A DNA stretch of 64,000 bases. Source: Lingula anatina (lineage: Eukaryota; Animalia; Brachiopoda). The notes below the pieces were generated by a model. It did no database searches. It worked only from the letters and a program-made list of their open reading frames with translations, and was not told the DNA's origin. The stretch covers positions 3,468,587 through 3,532,586 of the forward strand of contig CM120648.1 in assembly GCA_051362555.1 (NCBI GenBank), read 5' to 3'. This document shows positions 53,991 to 64,000 of the stretch, in pieces. Position numbers and translations under genes: made by a program. Numbering within the stretch: the first letter of the stretch is position 1; every line of letters begins with the position of its first letter.

Positions 53991-54801
53991 GTTTATTAAA
54001 CAACTGTATATAAATTATAAAGTACATGTAAAACGGAAATTATTTTACCATCTCTGGTTCAAGAAAGATCAAATAAATAAAATAGTTCCGACAATAAAAA
54101 AAATTGGTAAAACTATTATGTTTTACTATTAAAAAGAGATTTAGCGGTTGGATAAAAACTTTAAAAAACGTTTGCTTCGTCTAACATTTTGTTTGGGAGC
54201 ATTTCCAAAGTTCATTAGCCGGGTCAATGGCATCGTTCATAATTGTCTCGGTTTTGGAATCCATCCTTTCCATATAAATGTTTCTAAGAGATTCAACTCC
54301 AAAATTCTTCCGTGCGTAGCGTCAAGCTCATGTAATTTGCTAATATCATCCTCAGTGGCACGTCACGGCGAAAGTTAAAACCTCACAGTAGATGACATAA
54401 ACTAGATGACAACGACAAGGTGTTTTTAGAAGTAACAAGAACTCCCACTAGGCCAACACGTACCAGGAAACAAGGTATGAGTCATTTGAGATCTAAACTA
54501 TACTGCTAAGGTCATATCCTGTTTGCAATGAAATGTCCTAATAGCTGACTCATTCACTTCTTTATTTATAACTCAAAGTCATGCTTATGATTCATGGGGA
54601 ACATGCATAACTTTATAACAGAACTTTATATGTCTAAAATATTCAAATTGTCTCATTTTTGATGATTGGTTCAAAAGTAGATATACGATATCACGGGTAA
54701 ATTTGTGCAAATATTTTTGAGTAAATTGAAAGAATAAATGATGATGATATAAAGGCCATCCATTTAGATAGTGATAGCAATCTTAAACTGAAGCACAGTT
54801 T

Positions 54802-56339
54802 CTATCTAGAAATCACAATACAAGAAAGCAGAGTCAGCAAAGAGGAACCGAAAGGAGCACTTGCTGATACTGGCTCCGTTGTGGTAGAAATTGTGTTTGT
54901 TGTGCTATCCATTGTGCTGGTTGCACCATCCAAAGTGCTCGTGCTGGTTTCGATTGCGTTTGTTGTACCAACCGGCGCACTGTTACAATTATCTTCTCCG
55001 TAGCAGTAACACACGTTTCCTTCAACGTCCACATCAGGCGGTGAACCTCCTTGCATTCCCGTATCCTGAGTTACAAGGTCTCGTAAAGATGAAGTTGTGT
55101 AAGCGTCTACTTGGATCGGGGTATCTAAAGTGGCTGGGACACATCCATATTGTGGAGGAGGGGGATTAGCAGCTGGGTCACGGCAGGATCTATGAACGAA
55201 TGTTGATGCCGCCTTGATTGTGAAGTTCTGAATAGAGACAAGCACGAGTGTGAAAACAGAGAATATGTTATAGCGAAATGCTTAGCTAATGCACCAGAAA
55301 CAAGGACCCCTATATCTTATGTAATAGCATAGTCGATATATGTCAACTGTCAGATTAGGTTCCGCACATCTTCGGTTACCGTTAAGATATATGTAGCAAA
55401 TAATGAATCAATTAACTAAAACACGAAGAAGAAAAGAAACAAAAGATAGTGCACGAATTAATGAATGAAAAAAATAGTAATAAAAAACTCACAAAAAATC
55501 CAAAAGGAATAACCTGTGCCCTCGTGGCAGACACATGTTGCACTTTACACCCAACATCTCCGCACTCCATACGGGCACTGCTGTTGCCATGGAAACACGA
55601 AGTGTCGTTGACAACCGACTGAGATAACGAATTTGACAACTGGGCAGTAAGGTTTTCAAACGCAGGAACTGTCGGGGGATCAACGAGCCTCACGTCAAAG
55701 TACACGCATTGCTGGCACTGATAAGCGAACGCTGGAAAAAAGAGAACAAGTGCGTTTATTCTATATTCTATTCTATTCTGTAAAATACGTACACTACTGC
55801 AGGCGTTTGGAAAACTAATAAAAGTTTAGTAATAGGATAGGCTATGCAGGTAAGCTACTGAGGTATACAAATACAACTGTAGCAATATATCAATCCATTG
55901 ACTCACTTTTCATTCAAATCTAGGCCCTACCCTTCGAACTGTACTAAGGCTAGAGAGATTTTTTTTTTTTTTTTTTTTTTGCTAGATATTCATTGATATA
56001 TCTATGGTAAATCAAATGCACATTTCTGTTCTGTGGGCGAGACTGTTAGAGTGTGTCTGGCTGCCTACCCTTTGTAAACACCAACATTGCGTGTTCAGGT
56101 AGCTCACACTTTTCAGGAATTTTCTACTGATGGAATTAATATACCCCTGTGGGGAAACTACCTGTCCCTTTTAATACTCTGTGTCTTTCATTCAAGGTCT
56201 CCTACAATGACTCTTTACACAAATCACATAAACACGTAAATGTCGTAATATCAAATAAATAAATAAATAAATAAATAAACGCCATACCAGATTCAACAGC
56301 AACAAGTAGTAGAACCAGCCCCTTCAATGAAATGCCCAT
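54802..56339 (-). CDS. Ly6/uPAR (three-finger, quiver/sleepless-like) GPI-anchored protein, paralogue B, 238 aa
   Basis: Join of 56339-56288 (signal peptide MGISLKGLVLLLVAVES, phase 1), 55731-55493 and 55227-54802. Same exon structure and 10-Cys pattern as paralogue A (YQCQQC ... CYCYGEDNCN), with a Ser/Thr stalk and hydrophobic tail SSLLTLLSCIVISR. Confidence 0.85.
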
Positions 56340-57256
56340 GGTGGTCCCCGCTATCCTCGACCAAAATCAAACAACTAGAGCTAAATGTGTTTTTTTCTAC
56401 GCTATATTATATATGTATATCCGTCTGTTAACCTCTCCCGTCTTGATATGAATCTGTAGCAATAGCTAACGTTATCTCAGCTTATATATGTCCTGGATCT
56501 ATTCTTGGCCACACAAACTTAGTGAAAATTTAAAAAAGGCCACACGTGTCATAAAAGAGGCATCCAAGTAGAACACTAAGGGCATATATCCGGGTGCGTG
56601 GGTCGGTGCCCATCCCGTTATTTTTCCTTCAGCCAGTGATTCCGTACTCTGTGGAATTTTCGTCGTCTTCATAGCCTTGTGTTATCTTTACAGAGAACTA
56701 GCGGTGTTATCGCGTCCTGTTCTAAATGGCCTTGAGCAGGAAAATAAATTTGTGCCGGAAGTGAAAATAATACAGCACCCATTCTACAAATAATATACTT
56801 AATCCGCCTGCAAACAAAAATGCATTTTTTAAATCTTTTCAATATGAATGCCTGCATGTTCTTGGGGTCGCTGCAGGAATTACTAAGAAGAGGTGTGTAT
56901 TTCTTTAATGTCTATATCGTTTCCACTTTTTATACAGCGAAATAGACAAGCACGGGTTTTTTCGGCAGTCTTTTTATGTGACATTTTAAATACAGAGTGC
57001 TGGATAGAAAGGGCGAGTATACAGAGCTTACAACAACTTGCGCTCGATTTTATTGTGTGTGCATTTTAATATTTGCGCACAGTAGACCTAATAAGAATCA
57101 TGCTATTGTAAAAATCAATTTTATTTTATTTATCTATTCATATTCTGTATGTCCGTCACCCCATAACAGCAAGTGTACAGGAAGTATCAGCACGGATTTG
57201 TATACACACACAAAGCAATCGTGCATACGTTGGATATGACTAATACTTCCAGCTCA

Positions 57257-57318
57257 TATAAAAGCCAAGTCGAGACTGTCACGTACATGTACATCATGCA
57301 TCCTTTAGCTTAAACCAG
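57257..57318 (+). promoter_or_regulatory. TATA box and short non-coding first exon of the Cys-rich peptide gene
   Basis: TATAAAAG at 57257-57264, an Inr-like TCA about 35 nt downstream, and a strong donor CAG|gtaaat at 57318/57319. A matching acceptor (ttcag, 58175) lies 13 nt before ATG 58189. Confidence 0.55.
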
Positions 57319-58188
57319 GTAAATGCTTTTTCTATTACCTGGCGTAATAGCTTAAAAGCTTGCTTAAATTCATACCAGATATTAATATTGACAGGGCATT
57401 ATTGTGAAAATGTTTTTTCTCTCGCAAAGTCATCCAACAAATCAACACTTTAGCTTAAGGCGAGAAAAGAGAAGAGGCGCAGTAAGGATGAGGATGGAAA
57501 AGGGAGTCGTTGCCGACCATATCACAGCAGCATCCCTCCTAACTGCTATAAATTCGGTTGAAGGAGTTCTCAACCGATTGTAAGTGGTAACTCAGCCAAA
57601 CAGGACTCAAGTAGAGAGCAGAAAATCAGTACTATACTGTATTTTACCATATCAGGAGTTTGCCGTCGTTAGGCCTCCTGTCGAACAATTGTCGGACTTT
57701 TTTTTTAAAATAAATTTTAACTCTCATAGGAACAAAGGCTCCTTCCGGGCATAGATGTGGGCTTTAAAACAGAGTTTGAGAAGTGATACATTTAAGTACA
57801 GGGTTAATGTAATAAGTTCTTAGACCCCGAGTATTTCAAGGCCTTTGTTGGATGTGAAAGTATTGCAAGAAAATCAATGTAAATACCTGGCATTGAAATA
57901 ATCAAGGTTACTATTTCGGTTGCTTCACTAAATGGCCTCAGAGAAAAGCTTATTGATTATTGAATTATCACAAAACATCATTCTTTGTCCCGTGTCAGTT
58001 TTATGTTAAGAAAGCTAATGAAGATGAATATACCGGGAATGGTAAATAAAAGCTTTTCAATATCCTGTGCCTCTTAGTTTGCTAAACTTCATAGTGAGTG
58101 GAAACCATAACGTACCGAATTTGTTTTCTTTCGTTGAAGTCTTGAAGAGGGTGACATATATTTCACAAAATTCAGCAAGCCTGTCAAA

Positions 58189-59563
58189 ATGAGAAGCTGC
58201 ACGCTCTGTCTCATTCTTCTGCTCTGCGGGACGACGTTACTTGTGGGGAATGCTACGTGCGACGACACGGTAGGTCTCGGCTAAATGGTCTGTTTTTTTC
58301 ATTGTGATTTTGAGCCTTGAGAGACAACGACTTCGCAATTCTCTAAATGCGTAGATGTGGCTTATTTTCTTATTCATTTGTGAGTGTAACAGAATACTGA
58401 GCAACCCCACAATTGACAAGTGCAATAAAGAAAATAAATTAAGTATAACTGGTTCTATTGCGTGCTGTTCAATAAACGTTATTTGTACTTGCCTGTTCAC
58501 GTGTGCAGACAAATAGTGCTTTAAACAAGTGTGAAGACGGTCGTATTATTCAATTTTTCAGTTTGCCTTTTCTTACGCTAACAGAATGGGCTCCTCGTGA
58601 AAAGAAATATCGAAATGTGGACTTTGCATTGTCGGCTTAATTTGCGGATTAAACAACTTACATTTTTTTTCAGTTTCTTTTATTTTATTCATCCTCCAAT
58701 TCGTTTATCTATTTAATAATATTCATTCATCAATTTATGTGCCCTCCCTCTTGAAATGAAGTTTTGGGTAGTATAGTTAATGCTCTCTTTCTGCAAATTT
58801 CACTTTCTTAAAATGCAAAACAATTTATTGACATTTTCTAAATTCAGGCCATGTGCTGTATGAAAGGTCTTAAACAACTACGTGACGTCGTCCTGTGCCC
58901 CATGCCCTGTTGCCGTGGTTACATCGAACATCGTGGCCAATCAGCGGCGCTGAAATCGTTCACGTGGTGTGCTGTTGATAAGGTATTTTTCTATGCAAGT
59001 TTACCATGCAGGAGCTTTAAGTTATTTTTCTGAATAGTAAATAATTGAAGGGCCTATTGTCAAAAGTGCATAGAAAATTTGTATATATATTTGTCCAAGT
59101 ACAACATACATAACAAAAATGTGTGAAGGTCTTAACTGTACAAAAATAAACTAAGACCCCCCCCTCAAAAAATTAATAAATAAATAAACAAAAATAAATA
59201 AATAGATAAATAAATAAAAACAAATATACCTCGTCAAGTCCACGCATGAATGACCATAATATTTTTCGGTATTGTTTGACCAGCCGAATGCACCATGCCT
59301 TCATAAAATATTTTAGCTGGTTTCCCATCTTTCTGATCCACAACAAAATTGGAACTGTTGTTCATATCATTTATTTTAGACAGCGTCTTGAAGACGAGGC
59401 ACAAAAAAAAAAAAAAAAAAAAAAAAGCCACACGTTATTGGAAAAAGTCAGAAATTGGCAGCCTTCCGTAAACAAGAAATAGGTGCTCTACTCCAATAAA
59501 TTTTCTCTCTTACAGGCATATGTCAAAGGCGGACGCAACAACTCCTTCCTATTCCTGCAGTGA
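58189..59563 (+). CDS. Uncharacterised small secreted cysteine-rich peptide precursor, 87 aa, 3 coding exons
   Basis: Join of 58189-58269 (caaaATG; MRSCTLCLILLLCGTTLLVGNATCDDT; donor ACG|gtaggt), 58848-58982 (acceptor ttcag; AMCCMKGLKQLRDVVLCPMPCCRGYIEHRGQSAALKSFTWCAVDK; donor AAG|gtattt) and 59516-59563 (acceptor ttttctctcttacag; AYVKGGRNNSFLFLQ*). All phase 0. AATAAA at 59781. Confidence 0.78.
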
Positions 59564-60124
59564 TCCATTTGTCTGTGAGAAGGACGGGAGCGAGACAGAT
59601 CCAATGCAGCCGCTTTGTTGTGAGGAAATTCGTTTTGCCATAAGCCATCATAACCAATACCGTGGATGTCACTACAGCTGGATGAACTTTTCGACCTTGA
59701 CTTTAACATTTATAGGTTGGATTTTTGTGGGGATTTTTTTCTTTTAATTTGACTCTCAGGAAAAGTTTGGCTACAGCTGTAATAAACTTCATGGAAAGAT
59801 GATCTGTATTTAGCTGTAAGAATCGTTGTGGATTCTTTAATTGTACGGTTTGCTCCAAAATGGCTCCTTGACCATTCAAATCATTTGCAAAGAAACCAGT
59901 CTAACCAACTCCAAACTATTGAACAACAACTGTGTAGACTTTCCGAAAATGCAAAAGCAAATCAAAAGATAAATTTTTCTTTTTTCATGACACTAACATA
60001 TGTGTTTTTATTTTCTCAAATACAAGCTATCAATCACATTATTTTCTTTTTGTATATAAAATATCCATAGTGTCATTGAGCCCCTAACATGTACCAATTC
60101 CCTTCTTAATCATTTGGCGACTAT

Positions 60125-62730
60125 TTAACCGTGTCCCTTCATTCTAAAATCTTTCTTTTGCCCAAAACGAGCAGCCAGTTTCTTTTCTGCACCTAGCTGT
60201 CTTCTTTCAGCTTTTATTCTCTGTCTAGATTTCTGTTCCATCTCCAACCTTCTGAATGGCCTGGTCCACATGCCAGACGTAAACTTCAACTCGTGCAGCA
60301 TCTTAGACATGAACCACGGCACGTGGTGCTCGCGTGGCTGCTTCCAGCGTGGCCGCCCCAAGACATCCTTGGTCAGGTAGCGGCGGTCAGGGTAACCCTC
60401 CCCTGTGGTCAGTTGTAGAAGGGCCTCATTGCGTTCTCTGACCACTTCCCACAGGTTATCCAGGCTTTCCTCCACCTGCATAGAAAGCAATATCAGTTCA
60501 CTTCAAAATGGGGACTTTTGAAAATAGATTTTCTTTTCAACAGGAATATGGAAAGAGAGAGAGAGAGTGAGAATTAATCTTTTAAGTTGAGATTCTAGTC
60601 TCTCAGACAAAATGAAGATAAATTTAATGCAATGCAAGTGGCACTTAAAAGCTATCAAGAATTCACTGAAAATACTGAGTTTACTTCTTTATATATAATT
60701 ATACTGAATTAAGCAGTCACAACTAACTGAAAAATGCTCCTCAATTATGATACAAGAGAAACATAACAGACTCTGTGCAAGGAGTTATAAGGCATTTAGT
60801 TGGTTTGTATTAATTTTTTAGTTCATGTTACATCTAGAGCCTATTTATTAGGTCTGGTATATCTACGCCAACCACCAGACAGGAACAAAAGAATAAATGC
60901 TGAAGCCTGATGTATAACTGAGCGATTAACAAGTTCTCAATTTGAACGAAAAAGGGCAGCACCTTCATAATTACCTTTTCTAGCCTTTCTGGAGAGGGCA
61001 AAACCTCGGTTCTTCTTACATACTCGTGTTCCATTGTGAGGAGCATATTGTATTCTTTCAGCAGTACATACCTGGATAAGGAAAGGTATAACATTTTAAG
61101 GGATAAGGAAAGATATAACATTTTAAGGGATATGGAAAGATATAATATTTTAAGGGATATGGAAAGATATTACAATTTAAGGGATAAGGAAAGATGTAAC
61201 ATTTTAAGGGATAACAGCTGTTTCTTTAGGCCAAAATGAACTTTCCTGGGGTAAATGACAATTTTCCCATACTTACCAATGGTTAATGAACCCATTCATA
61301 CGTTCAGAGTAAGCCCATGGGTTTTTCTTAAAAGTTTGGTAATATTCTTTTAAGAGATAATTACAGACTATAGCCACCATCTATGTTGTCGAGTGACAAG
61401 CACAGATTCCAGAATAACTGTGATAACTGCCATTTGATGGTGATAGAGAATTTAAAGTTTATTATATTTCTATGTGTTGTTTAAAATGTATTTAATGTGA
61501 AAAGAATCTCATACAAAGAGTCGCTATCTCTTTAATCTATTTTTTATCTTACAAAAGGCTATCTCACAAAGGCTAGCACTACCAGGCATAGTCCATTTTC
61601 AATGACCAAAAAATTTCAAAAATATATATTCATTGAATACATTAATTAATAAAATAAAATAAAATAAAATAAAATAAAACATGCTATTCCAACTTCCCAG
61701 AGGCTAAAAATAAGTACCATGGTTCCATACAACCTATTTCAATTATAATCACTAGCAAGAAGATTAAGACTGGGTTCCCACAGATTTAGATTGATCCATC
61801 TGGATCGACCTAACTCCCTGGGGGTTCACACTAAATTGCTGTCAGCTTCCAGGAGCCGAGTGCACACGGAAGTTAATTACCCCCTTACAGCTTTTAGAAG
61901 GCGAGGCAGACATTTAAGTCGGATAAGCTGACAGCAATCTAGTAAGACTCCCGAGGGAGATAGATCGATCTAAATATCTGTTGGAATGATCTCTAACTGT
62001 GATACTACTTGCAGTCATTTTTCCTCCAAAAAAATCATAACTCTAAAGCAAAAATCTTCTCCCAGATACTACTAGGACCTACCATAGTTTATGTAAATCT
62101 TCATTTCCTTTAATCCTCAATTCATCCTTCTTGTATGGACGCCCTGAAACAAATGAAATAAGGGGTCATTGCAAAGCCAACCTTCTTCTCTATGTTAAAA
62201 TAAAAAGGCATGTTTGTTTACATATATATGCAAATAAAGGTATCTTGCAGTTTTACCTGACAAAGCCGAGGCAGCATAACTATACTAAGTAATTTCAGCG
62301 GCTGATCCAGAGATATTTCTGACAGTCTTCCATATTATCTTTGTTGATCCATTCCCCATTTCTGACCATCTTCCAACAGGAAATAATGTAGATGTCCATT
62401 AACTTAAAATACTCTTGATTATTTTCGGGAAGACCCAGAAAACGGCCTCTGTCCACCCCTGTTTTTTTTTTACCATGACCTTACTTTTCCTTATAAGTTA
62501 TAAATGTTAAATATGACCTACCAACAGGTACTTTTCCTTATAAATGTTAAATATGACCTACCAACAGGTACTTCCCTCTTCCCCCAGTTGTCTTTATGAT
62601 CAAAGAAATCCCACAAACCACTGGCTGGCCTTGAAGTGTGAAAGTGCTTCGAGCAGGGTGTGCAGCTGAAATGATTTTAAAAATACAATTAATATCATAT
62701 TAAAAATTTGTTAAAAATGTTTAGCTCACA

Positions 62731-62778
<48 letters not shown>

Positions 62779-63931
62779 CAGAGTGGCAGGAATAATAGTT
62801 ATGCCTTTAACAAAAACTGGAGGGAAGTTTGAATAATCACTACTCATATTTTAGTTAATTATCCGATCAATATTTGTATCAGTACATGTAGCCTTTTTTT
62901 ATGTTTCAAGGAATCAAATGTGATTTTTAGCTTTAGCTAAGCAAAAAAGATCACGCAATGGGGTAGCACAAAAATTCATGTGTTAGCACTCCTATTGACG
63001 GTTCTGATATATACTGCTAGCTACTGGGCAATACATCACACAGAAGACCTTTGTAAATTATTGATATAAACAAATGCTATACATTAATAATGCTAATATC
63101 ATCAGGCTACACACATAAACAACTACATATAATGGAGCAGCTGGGGGGTAATGAACTTCCACGTTCTGAGGCATGTCGAATAGTTAATCTGACTGCATTC
63201 AGTGAGAGTCCCCACCAAGTATGCTCTATCTTCTTAGTGAACACAGCAGGAGAAGGCATTCGTCTTCCACTTTGTTTATATTTTAAAGTGTCACCACGAG
63301 TTTTGAAGTCCAGATAAAATCTACTGTTGTCACCTTTATCATTATTGTTTTAAGTGCATGCACCTCTTATCATAATTAATGCGTTAGCATAAAATAGTAA
63401 ACATTCTATCAGAAAACCTAAGCAGGAATGTAAGTGTTATATATTAATCTGCACTTCTCATCTCTATCTAATTATATTTTTACAACAATCTTGTGCGAAA
63501 GTCACTTTCTTAGCTTTTCAGTAGAACTTTTCAATTTTTGTCGTGTTCTTTCCTGTTCTATTCCTTTTTTAAATTCAGTATCCTGTACATACTTTTTTCG
63601 TACATGAGACGTTTTTTCTTTATCTCATTTCCCCCATAAGGTGCAATTTCTAAGATGTAAGTATAGTTAGATCCTTAAATAAACAATTCGTTCTCAGTTT
63701 TTACTGCAGGCCTATTGGATAATCCACTGTATTCCAACTAACACACTTGTATAACGTTACTAGGTGGGGTTTCAGAATAATCTGGAAAGTCAAAATCTAA
63801 AACACTGCATACCTGTTTCCTGAGACAAAAAGTGCATGCCGAAATGAGTTATGAAGGATTGGAATGACACCACTTATTTTTGAAAGAAATGATTTAACTG
63901 CAAGAGTCTTTGGTAACATGGTCGCAGACAT
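60125..63931 (-). CDS. MRPL47: Mitochondrial large-subunit ribosomal protein L47 (uL29m), 243 aa, 5 exons
   Basis: Join of 63931-63813 ([12 protein letters not shown]..., a basic/hydroxylated presequence), 62665-62562 ([14 protein letters not shown]), 62143-62083 ([21 protein letters not shown]), 61071-60975 ([22 protein letters not shown]) and 60475-60125 ([18 protein letters not shown]). Phases 2,1,2,0 are consistent and the motifs are diagnostic of MRPL47. Confidence 0.95.
61074..61214. repeat. 27-bp minisatellite, 5 copies, at an MRPL47 splice acceptor
   Basis: Unit GGATAAGGAAAGATATAACATTTTAAG; it produces the spurious DKERYNILR-repeat ORF. Confidence 0.92.
61208..61531. mobile_element. 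Second copy of the Kolobok-like element (MRPL47 intron)
   Basis: TTAA flanks at 61204-61207 and 61532-61535. Shares CAATTTTCCCATACTTACCAATGGTTAATGAA and further blocks with 5190-5526. Confidence 0.72.
61767..61994. mobile_element. Harbinger-like MITE (MRPL47 intron)
   Basis: TIRs AGACTGGGTTCCCACAGATTTAGATTGATC / GATCGATCTAAATATCTGTTGGAATGATCTCT with TTA/TAA flanks. Confidence 0.7.
62498..62573. repeat. 40-bp-period tandem duplication across the MRPL47 exon 2 donor
   Basis: TTATAAATGTTAAATATGACCTACCAACAGGTACTT at 62498 and 62538. Confidence 0.92.
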
Positions 63932-64000
63932 CTTGGATCTCGTTCACCATGTGACCAACATAAATTAAGCGCTCAGTTATTTCCTTTTCCCCCTTTTTGT

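Noticed and set aside
59520-59747. 75-aa Cys-containing plus-strand ORF as the last exon of the peptide gene
   Set aside because: Out of phase with the phase-0 donor at 58982. The in-phase frame stops at 59563, so most of this ORF is probably 3' UTR.
61036-61239. ORF with DKERYNILR repeats
   Set aside because: Translation of the intronic 27-bp minisatellite, antisense to MRPL47.

Overview
Eukaryotic genomic DNA, AT-rich, with GT-AG introns and microsatellites. The gene and repeat types point to a marine invertebrate, probably a lophotrochozoan, but the species cannot be fixed from the sequence. I built six spliced gene models by hand, each with consistent exon phases. (1) A minus-strand membrane guanylyl cyclase (958 aa) with two TM helices and a divergent NIT-like ectodomain. 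(2) A minus-strand 12-exon SLC2A/GLUT sugar transporter (487 aa). (3, 4) Two tandem minus-strand GPI-anchored Ly6/three-finger paralogues with very long loops. (5) A plus-strand gene largely missed by the ORF track, encoding an 87-aa secreted precursor with a CC-C-CC-C cysteine framework; this is the best novelty candidate. (6) MRPL47. Non-coding DNA contains many non-autonomous DNA transposons (Kolobok-, Harbinger-, pogo- and CACTA-like), a pearl/HINE-like Helentron derivative, a Penelope-like insertion and several minisatellites. No rRNA, tRNA or CRISPR array was seen. All family assignments come from remembered motifs; no database search was run.
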